A DNA stretch of 64,000 bases from positions 212,249 to 276,248 of the forward strand of contig CAVYVZ010000007.1 in NCBI GenBank assembly GCA_963772065.1, given 5' to 3'. Positions 19,257-27,632 of this stretch are shown here, one piece after another. Every line of letters begins with the position of its first letter. Position 1 is the stretch's first letter. The DNA comes from an uncultured Acidobacteriota bacterium. GTDB lineage: Bacteria > Acidobacteriota > Vicinamibacteria > Vicinamibacterales > UBA2999. A model generated the notes under the pieces. The model made no database searches. It saw nothing but the letters and a program-made list of their open reading frames with translations, and was not told where the DNA came from. A program made the position numbers and the translations under genes.

Positions 19257-20057
19257 TTACGCCTTGCGATAACGCGATGCGGCGCGGCGATTCATGGCAT
19301 AGACCACGCGCTGAGGCAGCAGCCGCGACAGCGTCGCGATCGCCGCGTTTACTCGGCCAGGCACGAACGTGGGGCGGCCATCCATCACGGCCTCGTAGCC
19401 CTGCTGCGCCACGGCCTGGGCGTTCATCCACATGAACGAGGGCATGCGGCTGACGATCTGGCGTGTGCCGCTGACGTCGTGGAACTCGGTAAACGTGAAC
19501 CCCGGACACACCGCCGTGACGTGAACGCCATGCTGCGCGGTTTCCGTAGAGAGCGACTCGGAGAACCTGATGAGGAACGACTTCGTGGCCGCGTACAGCG
19601 TGTGGCCGGCGACACCCGGCAGCAATCCGGCCAGCGATGCAACGTTGACGATGCGGCCGTAGCCGCGATCGAGCATCGCAGGCAGCAAGCGATGGGTCAG
19701 CTCGACGACTGCGATGAGCATGACCTGCAGGAACTCGGCATGCCGCGGCCAGTCGCTCTTCACAAACGATCCGGGCACTGCGAACCCGGCGTTGTTGACG
19801 AGCGCGTCGATGAGGATCCCCTCCGCGGTCAGCTGGTCGCACAGTCGGGCGGACGCGTCAGGACGCGCCAGGTCCGACGCGATCACGTGAACCCGCCCGC
19901 CGTGCCGCTGCTCGAGGGACGCGGCGAGCGCGCGAAGCCGATCGTCACGGCGGGCGACGACGACCAGGTCGAAGCCGTTGGCCGCAAATTCTTCGGCGAA
20001 GGCCTGGCCGATGCCAGCCGAGGCTCCGGTGATCAGTGCGGTTCGACGCTGGCTCAT
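19257..20057 (-). CDS. SDR-family oxidoreductase
   Basis: The internal start MSQRRTALITGASAGIGQ is at 20057 and overlaps the upstream stop (ATGA). TGxxxGxG and YAATK (YxxxK) motifs. The ORF-track entry 19257..20447 is over-extended. Confidence 0.85.
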   Translation of the reverse strand: MSQRRTALITGASAGIGQAFAEEFAANGFDLVVVARRDDRLRALAASLEQRHGGRVHVIASDLARPDASARLCDQLTAEGILIDALVNNAGFAVPGSFVKSDWPRHAEFLQVMLIAVVELTHRLLPAMLDRGYGRIVNVASLAGLLPGVAGHTLYAATKSFLIRFSESLSTETAQHGVHVTAVCPGFTFTEFHDVSGTRQIVSRMPSFMWMNAQAVAQQGYEAVMDGRPTFVPGRVNAAIATLSRLLPQRVVYAMNRRAASRYRKA

Positions 20058-20662
20058 CGCTTCGCCACAGGGATCACGAACTTCTCGGCCGTGTGCGTGT
20101 CGGAGAACCGCGCGACCTTCACATCGACAAGGCCGGCAGCCTTGCCCGCCCGCATCACGTCCGCTTCGGTAATGGCCTGCGCACCCTTCGGCCTGATCAC
20201 CCAGATCGCGCCGGCTCGCTTCAGATGCTTCTGCAGCGGCACGAGCTTGTCCAGCGCCGCTCGCGATGCGGCGGCGTAGAAGATCACGTCCGCCTGACCC
20301 GAGGCTTTCGTCGTCACTCGCGCGCCGCGGTGCGCGAGCTCGCCGGCGAACTCCGCATCGTCGACGCCGAGCACGAGCACCTCGTGCGACGGCTTCACGC
20401 CGAGCTTGTCGAGACGACTCGGCGGATTCAAAATCTTCGACGCCCACTTCGGAGCCGCGTCGCCGATGGCGAACACCGCCACGCCGTCAGGGAACGTCAC
20501 CCGCAGCGCGCCCGCTTTCGCTTCGACCTTGGACATCTGTTTGTACGGCACCGACAGGCGAACGTCGCCCCCGCGAAAAATCAGCCCGTCCGTCTCGAGC
20601 AGCGCCTTGCCTTCTGCGCGCGTCTTGCCGAAGGTCAACGTGCATTTCGCTTCCGCTCCCAT
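20054..20662 (-). CDS. DUF3052-like protein with an N-terminal PH-like extension
   Basis: ORF track, 202 aa. The C-terminal pattern LGVKPSHEVLVLG..GAIWVIRPKG..ITEADV..AGLVDVKV matches my recollection of DUF3052. Confidence 0.7.
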   Translation of the reverse strand: MGAEAKCTLTFGKTRAEGKALLETDGLIFRGGDVRLSVPYKQMSKVEAKAGALRVTFPDGVAVFAIGDAAPKWASKILNPPSRLDKLGVKPSHEVLVLGVDDAEFAGELAHRGARVTTKASGQADVIFYAAASRAALDKLVPLQKHLKRAGAIWVIRPKGAQAITEADVMRAGKAAGLVDVKVARFSDTHTAEKFVIPVAKR

Positions 20663-20667
20663 GCTCG

Positions 20668-20710
20668 TTCTTCCTTTTCCTTTTTCCTTTTTCCTTTTTC
20701 CTTTTCCTTG
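20668..20710 (-). repeat. Homopurine (mRNA-sense) tract made of GGAAAA(A) repeats, filling the rlmI-DUF3052 intercistronic spacer
   Basis: Minus-strand reading is TAA-caaggaaaaggaaaaaggaaaaaggaaaaaggaaaaggaagaacgagc-ATG. There is no complementary arm nearby. Confidence 0.85.
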
Positions 20711-21787
20711 TTATTCCACACGTCGCAGAATGAAACATTTCAGATAGTACGTCTCGGGCACACCGACCAGCACGGGATGATCGCGCGACTGCAGGCGCTT
20801 CTCGACGATGGCCACCGACGTGTGACTGTCCACGGATGCGCTTTGGAGCATCTCGTCGAACAACGCCTCGTTCACGTTGTACGAGCAGCTGCACGTGATG
20901 AGGTACCCGCCAGGACTGAGCAGCCGAAGGGCGCGAAGATTGATCTCCTTGTACCCCGCGAGCGCGTTCGGCACCGATGCCTTGTTCTTCGCGAAGGCCG
21001 GCGGGTCGAGCACGATCGTGTCGTAGCGGGCGCCGGCCTTCTCGAGGCGACGCAGCTCGTCGAACACGTTCGCCTCTCGCGCCCGAAGCTGCGGCAGGTG
21101 GTTGCGCGCCGCGTTGGAGCGGAGCCGCGCCACGGCATCGGCGGAAATGTCGATCGCCTCCACTTCGGAACACTCGCGCGCCAGCCGCAGGGCGAACCCG
21201 CCGTGGTAGCTGAAGCAATCGAGCAGTTTTCCTCGCGCGTACCGCGCGGCCGCCTCACGGTTCTCGCGCTGATCGAGGAAGAGGCCGGTCTTCTGCCCTT
21301 TCCAGAGATCGACCTCGTATTCGATCGGCCCTTCCCGCACGATGATCGTGTCGGGAATGCTGCCGTGCAGCACTTCGACCTTCTGTTCGAGGCCCTCGAG
21401 CGCCCTCACGCGCGGGTCGTTGCGGGCCAGAATGCCGGCGGGCGACAGGAGATCGACGAGCTGCCTCGTAATCTCGGGCAGCATCCGATCGACACCCTGT
21501 GACAGCGTCTGCACGACCAGGTAATCGCCGTACCGATCGATCACGAGCGATGGCAGCAGGTCGGCCTCGCCGTGCACGAGGCGGTACGCGGTCGCGTCCA
21601 GCGCCAACGACTGGCGGAAACGAAGCGCCGCTTCCAGGCGGGTGCGCCAGAGCGCGCTTCCCGCGGGCGCGTCGCCGTGCGTGAGCATCCGCAGCGGTAT
21701 CAGCGAGCGATCGCTGAAGAGCGCGTGGCCGAGCAGGCGATGGCGGGGGCCGATGACCGCCACTGTATCGCCGCCGGCGGCCTGCAC
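20711..21787 (-). CDS. rlmI: Class I SAM-dependent rRNA methyltransferase, RlmI-like (PUA + MTase); the true start is probably upstream
   Basis: ORF track, 358 aa. MTase motifs are present (LDCFSYHGGFAL, IVLDPPAFAK). The reading frame stays open and protein-like up to about 21858 (TVIVSARGEQRIRGGHPWIYRADVRDV), with no ATG, GTG or TTG. Confidence 0.8.
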   Translation of the reverse strand: MQAAGGDTVAVIGPRHRLLGHALFSDRSLIPLRMLTHGDAPAGSALWRTRLEAALRFRQSLALDATAYRLVHGEADLLPSLVIDRYGDYLVVQTLSQGVDRMLPEITRQLVDLLSPAGILARNDPRVRALEGLEQKVEVLHGSIPDTIIVREGPIEYEVDLWKGQKTGLFLDQRENREAAARYARGKLLDCFSYHGGFALRLARECSEVEAIDISADAVARLRSNAARNHLPQLRAREANVFDELRRLEKAGARYDTIVLDPPAFAKNKASVPNALAGYKEINLRALRLLSPGGYLITCSCSYNVNEALFDEMLQSASVDSHTSVAIVEKRLQSRDHPVLVGVPETYYLKCFILRRVE

Positions 21788-21883
21788 GTCGCGGACGTCC
21801 GCGCGGTAAATCCAAGGATGGCCGCCGCGAATCCGCTGTTCACCCCTGGCCGAGACGATGACTGTCGGTGGAGACGATGGCTT

Positions 21884-21925
21884 GGCTTAAGGCGTTAAGG
21901 CCTTACGGCCTGAAGACCTTAAGCC
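21884..21925. repeat. Hairpin ggcttaaggcgttaaggcc-ttac-ggcctgaagaccttaagcc (unit CTTAAGG) in the rlmI/glyA divergent region
   Basis: Read directly. The arms are 19 nt with about 3 mismatches. It shares GGCTTAAGG with the element at 34147..34177. Confidence 0.7.
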
Positions 21926-21955
21926 GCTCGAGCCTGCATAGTACAATCAGCGGCC

Positions 21956-23227
21956 ATGGCCGATGTGATGCTTTCGCTCATCCAGCGCACGCTCGCCGAG
22001 TCCGACCCCGAGATCGCGAAGGCGATCGCCAGCGAGGTGCGCCGGCAGGCGGACGGCCTCGAGCTGATCGCATCCGAGAACTTCGTCAGCAACGCGATCC
22101 TCGAAGCGGCCGGCTCGGTCTTGACGAACAAGTACGCCGAGGGGTACCCGGGCAAGCGGTACTACGGCGGCTGCGAGTTCGTCGACATCGCCGAATCGCT
22201 TGCCATCTCGCGCGCGAAGACGCTCTTCGGCGCCGACCACGCGAACGTCCAGCCGCACTCGGGCGCGCAAGCCAACATGGCGGTCTACTTGACGCTCCTC
22301 AAGCCGGGCGACAAGGTGCTCGGCATGAACCTGGCCCACGGCGGCCACCTCACACACGGCCATCCGCTGAATTTCTCCGGCAAGCTCTACACGATCGTTC
22401 CCTACGGCGTGCGGCAGGACGACGAGCGGATCGACTACGACGAGTTGGAGCGGCTGGCCGACGAGCACAAGCCGGGCATGATCATGGTCGGCGCGAGCGC
22501 CTATCCGCGGGTGATCGACTTCGAGCGGATCGCGCGCGTGGCGAAGCGCATCGGCGCGCCGATGGTGGTCGACATGGCGCACATCGCCGGACTCGTGGCC
22601 GCCGGCGTGCACCCGAGTCCCGTGCCGCACGCGGAATTCGTCACCACCACGACGCACAAGACGCTGCGCGGCCCGCGCGCGGGCCTCGTGCTCTGCCGCG
22701 AGCAGTTTGCGAAAGACCTCGACCGCACGGTGTTTCCCGGCGTGCAGGGCGGTCCGCTGATGCACATCATCGCGGCCAAGGCGGTCTGCTTCAAGGAAGC
22801 GATGGAGCCCGCATTCGCCGAGTATCAGCGCCAGATTGCCGCCAACGCGAAGCGGCTCGCCGCGTCAATCAGCAGCCACGGGTTCCGTCTGGTGAGCGGC
22901 GGCACCGACAACCACCTCATGCTCGTGGACGTCTTCAGCAAGGGGATCACCGGCAAGGTCGCCGAGGCGGCGCTCGGCAAGGCCGCGATCACCGTCAACA
23001 AGAATGCGATCCCGTTCGACAAGAATCCGCCGATGGTGGCGAGCGGCATTCGCCTGGGAACGCCCGCAGTGACGACGCGCGGCATGCGCGAGCCGGAGAT
23101 GGATCAGATCGGCGAGCTCATCGCACGCGTCCTCGCCGCGCCGGACGACGACCGCGTCATTGGCATGGTCAAGGCGGACGTCGAGCGACTCTGCCGGAGA
23201 TTTCCGCTGTACCCCGATAAACAATAG
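21956..23227 (+). CDS. glyA: Serine hydroxymethyltransferase
   Basis: ORF track, 423 aa. [23 protein letters not shown] and the PLP-lysine motif [12 protein letters not shown]. Confidence 0.97.
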   Translation: MADVMLSLIQRTLAESDPEIAKAIASEVRRQADGLELIASENFVSNAILEAAGSVLTNKYAEGYPGKRYYGGCEFVDIAESLAISRAKTLFGADHANVQPHSGAQANMAVYLTLLKPGDKVLGMNLAHGGHLTHGHPLNFSGKLYTIVPYGVRQDDERIDYDELERLADEHKPGMIMVGASAYPRVIDFERIARVAKRIGAPMVVDMAHIAGLVAAGVHPSPVPHAEFVTTTTHKTLRGPRAGLVLCREQFAKDLDRTVFPGVQGGPLMHIIAAKAVCFKEAMEPAFAEYQRQIAANAKRLAASISSHGFRLVSGGTDNHLMLVDVFSKGITGKVAEAALGKAAITVNKNAIPFDKNPPMVASGIRLGTPAVTTRGMREPEMDQIGELIARVLAAPDDDRVIGMVKADVERLCRRFPLYPDKQ

Positions 23228-23334
23228 CGGTTCGTCGGTTCGCGGGTTCGACGGTTCGCGGGTTCCACGGTTCGTGAGATCGCTAGTGGGTCGGCGAACT
23301 GACGAACCCACGAACTGACGAACCCACGAACCGC
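23227..23334. repeat. Periodic-stem palindrome, 8-nt unit (C/G)GGTTCG(N), filling the whole convergent intergenic spacer
   Basis: The left arm has six units (cggttcgt cggttcgc gggttcga cggttcgc gggttcca cggttcgt). The right arm has five complementary units (cgaactga cgaaccca cgaactga cgaaccca cgaaccgc). The outermost pairing TAGCGGTTCG/CGAACCGCTA includes both stop codons. Confidence 0.9.
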
Positions 23335-24339
23335 TATGGTCTCGTTGCCGTGATGTTGCGCTTCGGGACCTGGCCGACCGGGAATCCTCGCAATTTCCTT
23401 GCGCGTCGCGATGTCCACCGCGGACACCGAGTTGGAGCCGGCGTTCGCGACGTAGACGCGCGTGCTGTCCGGCGTGAACGTCAGCCAGTCGGGATGATCG
23501 CCCACGTGCACGCCGCCGAGGAGCTTCAGGTCGGGCAGCGAGTAGCCGTAGATGTGGCTGTTGATCTTGCTGCACGCCCACAGCGTCTTGTTGTCGGGCG
23601 CGACGCCAATGCCGTGCGACGGTGATCCCTGAAGCGTGTCCAGATGGCGCTGCTCGGGCGGCACGTCCGGCAGCGTGATTCGTGACACCTCTTTCCGCTG
23701 CCCGAAATCCACGACGGCGAATCCGTGGAACAGCGAGATCTGGACGAACATCCGCTTCGTCGAGCCGTCGGGGTTCCTCTCGAAGGCGATCGGCCGTACG
23801 CCATCGTTGAACGACATCGTCCACAGCGGTTCCTCCGTCGTCGCATCGATGACCGTGAGATTCTTCCCGACGATCGAACCGGCGACGACATGCTTGCCGT
23901 CCGGTGTCATGAAGGTGTTGTGAATGCCGCCGGGCGTCGGGATCGTCTTTGCCTTCTTCACCGACGCCGTGTCGATCACATCGACCGCGCCAGGCGCCGA
24001 GACGATCGCCACATACACGCGGCGCCCGTCGAGGCTCACGGCCAGATTGTTCGGACGCCCGCTCAACGGAATCGAATTCGTGACCTTGAGGGTCTTGCCG
24101 TCGACCACGTCGAGCGTGTGATTCGCTTCGTTGGTGAAGTAGTAGCGGCTGCCGTCGGGCGCCGCGGCGGCGCCATGGTTCACTTCGATCCCCTTGATTT
24201 CGGCGACGACCGTGTTCGTGGCCGGATCGATGAGGTGGATGTTGTCGCCGGCCGCGTTGGTCTGCATGATGATCACGCGCCCACTGCTTGCCGTCAGCGG
24301 GAGCACCAGGAGAAAAGTCGCAGCGAGAGCGCGCGTCAT
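23334..24339 (-). CDS. Secreted YVTN/lactonase-type beta-propeller repeat protein; frame break near 23378-23382
   Basis: ORF 23104..24339 gives MTRALAATFLLVLPLTASS and then the propeller repeats. Removing one G from cccGgtc restores ..ARIPVGQVPKRNITATRP-stop at 23334. Otherwise the ORF reads through the palindrome. Confidence 0.8.
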
Positions 24340-24373
24340 GGCCCACCTCCGAGGTGCACACTCTAGCCGATCT

Positions 24374-24402
24374 TTGACGCTCCGGCGTCACCATGCTATA
24401 AG
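24374..24402 (+). promoter_or_regulatory. Sigma70-like promoter candidate (TTGACG-17 nt-TATAAG)
   Basis: TTGACG lies at 24374-24379 and TATAAG at 24397-24402, with exactly 17 nt between them. It sits about 17 nt upstream of the ATG at 24419. Confidence 0.45.
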
Positions 24403-24418
24403 CCCGCCGGGACACCTC

Positions 24419-25192
24419 ATGAAATCCGCCGCGTGGATTCTCGTCGCCGCAGCGATCGCCCCTGCCGTCGCGGGTGCGCAGGCGCCCGACTTCCAGACCT
24501 ATCGCACGCATGTGGAACCGATCTTCGTGAAGCCGCGCGGACCGCTCAACGGTCCGTGCTTCGTCTGCCACACGAAGGTGACGAGCCGCCTGCGCCTGCA
24601 GCCGCTTCCTCCCGGCGGCTCGTGGACGGAGGAACAGTCGCGGCGGAACTTCGAAGCGGTGTCACGCGTCATCTCGCCGGGTCAACCGGCCCAGAGCAAC
24701 CTCCTTCTGCTGCCGTTGGCTGTCGATGCCGGCGGCAGCCCCGTACATCCTGGCGGCAAGGTCTGGCAATCGCGCGACGATCTGGAGTGGCAAGCGGTCG
24801 CCGAGTGGATCCGGAGCGCGCCGGCCGGCGCGGCGTCGTCGCGGCGGGCGCTCGACTTCGAGGCGTTCAAGTCGCGCGTGCAGCCGATCTTCCTCGACAA
24901 GCGTGCGGGCTTCGCGCGCTGCTACGTCTGCCACTCGCAGGGCACGCCCTTCCGCCTGCAGCCGCTCGCGGCGGGCGCGACGTCGTGGACCGATGCGGAG
25001 TCGCGACAGAACTTCGACGCCATCCAGCGGCTCGTCGTCCCCGGCGATCCCTCGTCGAGCCGTCTGCTCATGATGCCGCTCGCCACCGCGGCGGGCGGCG
25101 ATCCGTTCCACCCGGGCGGCAAGCGCTGGACGTCGAAAGAGGACGCGGAGTGGCAGATGCTGGCCGCGTGGGTTCGCGACGCGCGCGACTAG
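24419..25192 (+). CDS. Secreted protein with two tandem ~115-aa modules, each carrying a CxxCH haem-binding motif (PSCyt1-like by recollection)
   Basis: ATG at 24419 gives MKSAAWILVAAAIAPAVAGA. Module 1 is ..HVEPIFVKPRGPLNGPCFVCH..LRLQPL..HPGGKVWQSRDDLEWQAVAEW. Module 2 is ..RVQPIFLDKRAGFARCYVCH..FRLQPL..HPGGKRWTSKEDAEWQMLAAW. Confidence 0.7.
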   Translation: MKSAAWILVAAAIAPAVAGAQAPDFQTYRTHVEPIFVKPRGPLNGPCFVCHTKVTSRLRLQPLPPGGSWTEEQSRRNFEAVSRVISPGQPAQSNLLLLPLAVDAGGSPVHPGGKVWQSRDDLEWQAVAEWIRSAPAGAASSRRALDFEAFKSRVQPIFLDKRAGFARCYVCHSQGTPFRLQPLAAGATSWTDAESRQNFDAIQRLVVPGDPSSSRLLMMPLATAAGGDPFHPGGKRWTSKEDAEWQMLAAWVRDARD

Positions 25193-25657
25193 CTACTTCG
25201 GTATTCCCGAGGCGCCGACGGCGTAGGTCTGATGACAACTCGCGCAGACCTCATAGATGTCGCCGCCGACGGTGAATATCGCGTCCTTGTCCTTTGCCTC
25301 GGCAGCCTTCACTGCCCGGATCCCGGCATCGATCAACGCCTGCGACTGCTTCATCCATTCGCCGGTGTCCCGCACGCGACTGCCCATCATCATCAGGTTG
25401 CCCGATTCGGCGATCACGTACGCGCTGTTCACGACGGCGGCCCACTCCGCGTCCGTTTTCGGCGCCCGCTCCTCGGTGCCCTGCGCCGAGACAATGGTGC
25501 CGACCGATCCCCAGATCACATCGGCGGCCGGATCGATCACCGAGTTCATCAGCTGCTTGACGTCGGCGACCGGCCTGAACGGAGGAGGAGGCGACTCCTG
25601 GCGGCACCCGCACGCGAGCAGTGACAGGAGCGCGAGCGTCACGGGGCGTCTGCGCAT
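25193..25657 (-). CDS. Cytochrome c'-like (class II) lipoprotein
   Basis: The internal start MRRRPVTLALLSLLACGC carries a lipobox. About 150 aa, helical-looking, with a C-terminal CASCH. The ORF-track entry 25193..25879 is over-extended. Confidence 0.7.
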   Translation of the reverse strand: MRRRPVTLALLSLLACGCRQESPPPPFRPVADVKQLMNSVIDPAADVIWGSVGTIVSAQGTEERAPKTDAEWAAVVNSAYVIAESGNLMMMGSRVRDTGEWMKQSQALIDAGIRAVKAAEAKDKDAIFTVGGDIYEVCASCHQTYAVGASGIPK

Positions 25658-25709
25658 GACATCGAGTAGACTACGCGCACTTCGGGGGCCTTGAGGAGGT
25701 TTCCTGCGT

Positions 25710-26573
25710 ATGCGGAATCGGCTCACGTCGATGCTGAGCGCGCTGGCGGCGTCTGCAGTGACCGCCGTCTGGTTTGCCGGGATGCCGATCGCGGGCCAGA
25801 GTCCGCCGGATCGCATCCCGCGAACGCCGGAGGGCCGGCCCGACCTGAATGGGATCTGGCAGGTTCTCAACACCGCCAACTACGACTTGCAGCCGCACAC
25901 GGCGCGCCCGGCGATGGCGCTCAGGCCCGGCCCCGCGGGCCCGGTGCCCGCCGCGCCGGTTGTCGCGCTCGGCGCCGTGGGCGCAGTCCCTGCCGGCATC
26001 GGCGTCGTCGAGGGCGGCGAAATCCCATACCAGCCGTGGGCCGCCAAGAAAAAACAGGAGAACCACGACGCCTGGCTCACGCTCGACCCGGAGATCAAAT
26101 GCTACCTGCCGGGCGTGCCGCGCGCCACCTACATGCCGTTCCCGTTTCAGATCTTCCAGAGCGCGGCGGCCACGTTCATTGCGTACGAATACGCCGGCGC
26201 GGTTCGCAACATTCACATGAAGGACCCGGGGCCTGCGCCGCTCGATTCGTGGATGGGCCAGTCGGTCGGACGATGGGACGGCGACACGTTCGTGGTGGAC
26301 GTCACAGCGCTCAACGATCAGAGCTGGTTCGATCGCGCAGGCAACTTCCACAGCGAAGCGCTGCACGTGGTGGAGCGCTACACGATGACGGATCGCGATC
26401 ACATCCGGTACGAGGCGACCATCGAGGACCCGAAGGTGTTCACGAAGCCATGGACGATCGGCATGCCGCTCTACCGGCACGTGAACCCGGACGCGCGCCT
26501 GCAGCAGTTCAAATGCGTCGAGTTCGTCGAGGAGTTGATGTATGGGCACCTGCGGAAGACGCCGCTCCAGTAG
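25710..26573 (+). CDS. Secreted protein of unknown family (paralogue A)
   Basis: ORF track, 287 aa. GAGGAGG lies upstream and a signal peptide is present. It shares motifs with the next gene (PRTPEGRPDLNGIW, GRWDGDTFVVDVT, ERYT..IRYEATIEDPKVFTKPW). Confidence 0.7.
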   Translation: MRNRLTSMLSALAASAVTAVWFAGMPIAGQSPPDRIPRTPEGRPDLNGIWQVLNTANYDLQPHTARPAMALRPGPAGPVPAAPVVALGAVGAVPAGIGVVEGGEIPYQPWAAKKKQENHDAWLTLDPEIKCYLPGVPRATYMPFPFQIFQSAAATFIAYEYAGAVRNIHMKDPGPAPLDSWMGQSVGRWDGDTFVVDVTALNDQSWFDRAGNFHSEALHVVERYTMTDRDHIRYEATIEDPKVFTKPWTIGMPLYRHVNPDARLQQFKCVEFVEELMYGHLRKTPLQ

Positions 26574-27618
26574 GGCCGTCCTGACGATTGCAGTCGCCGG
26601 CCTCACCCTGGTGCCGGTCGCCGGCCAGGCGCCGTGGAAGGCGCCTCGCACCTCGGAGGGGCGTCCGGATCTGCAGGGCACGTGGAGCAACGCGACGATC
26701 ACGCTGGTCGAGCGTCCGAAGGAATACGCGAGCCTGGTGCTGAGCAAAGAGGAGGCGGCGCGCCTCGAGAAAAGCGTCGCCGAGCGGATCGAGCTCCTCG
26801 CGCAGCCGAGCAGCCCGGAGCGTCCGGCTCCGCCAAAGGGTGGCGACGGATCCACCGGCGCCGCCGGCAACGTCGGCGGCTACAACGATTTCTGGATCGA
26901 TTCGGGCACGACGGTCGCGGTGGTGAACGGCGAGCCGAGAAGCTCGCTGATCGTCGATCCGCCGGATGGCCGCATCCCGGCGCTCACGCAAGAGGGACAG
27001 AAGCGGGCGGCCGAACGGATCGCCGCGCTTCAGGCGCGCGGAAGTCAGTACGACCATCCCGAATACCGGCCGCTCGCCGAGCGGTGCCTGCTCTCGTTCG
27101 GCTCGAGCTCGGGTCCGCCCATGCTTCCCAACTATTTCTACAACAACAACTATCAGATCGTTCAGACGCCGGACCACATCATGATCCTCGTCGAGATGGT
27201 CCACGACGCCCGCATCATCCGGATGAACGCGACGCAGCACCCTCCGAAGCACGTTCGCCCGTGGATGGGCGACTCGATCGGCCGTTGGGAAGGCGACACG
27301 CTCGTCGTCGAGACGACCAACTTCCATCGCGCGCAGACCGAGGTCAGGAACTTTCATCCCTATCAGGCCATCAGGGGGGCTTCGGACGACCTCCGCGTGA
27401 TCGAGCGCTTCACGCGCGTGGATGCGGACACGATCCTGTACAAGTTCACGATCGACGATCCGTCCACGTTCACGAGGCCGTGGAGCGGCGAGGTTCCGTT
27501 CAAGGCGACCCACGAGCCGATCTACGAGTACGCGTGCCACGAGGGGAACTACGCGCTCTCGAACGTGCTCAGCGGCGAGCGCAACCGCGAAGCTCGCAGC
27601 AAGACGCAGCAGAAATAG
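26542..27618 (+). CDS. Secreted protein of unknown family (paralogue B)
   Basis: ORF track, 358 aa, with its own signal peptide. Motifs PRTSEGRPDLQGTW, GRWEGDTLVVETT and ERFT..ILYKFTIDDPSTFTRPW. It overlaps paralogue A by 32 nt. Confidence 0.7.
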   Translation: MGTCGRRRSSRAVLTIAVAGLTLVPVAGQAPWKAPRTSEGRPDLQGTWSNATITLVERPKEYASLVLSKEEAARLEKSVAERIELLAQPSSPERPAPPKGGDGSTGAAGNVGGYNDFWIDSGTTVAVVNGEPRSSLIVDPPDGRIPALTQEGQKRAAERIAALQARGSQYDHPEYRPLAERCLLSFGSSSGPPMLPNYFYNNNYQIVQTPDHIMILVEMVHDARIIRMNATQHPPKHVRPWMGDSIGRWEGDTLVVETTNFHRAQTEVRNFHPYQAIRGASDDLRVIERFTRVDADTILYKFTIDDPSTFTRPWSGEVPFKATHEPIYEYACHEGNYALSNVLSGERNREARSKTQQK

Positions 27619-27632
27619 CGTGAGGTGATGCC

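Noticed and set aside
26542-26573. The 32-nt overlap between the two secreted paralogues as a possible additional frameshift or fused gene
   Set aside because: Each gene has its own start and its own signal peptide. The upstream gene ends after its conserved C-terminal block. This is consistent with two separate overlapping genes.
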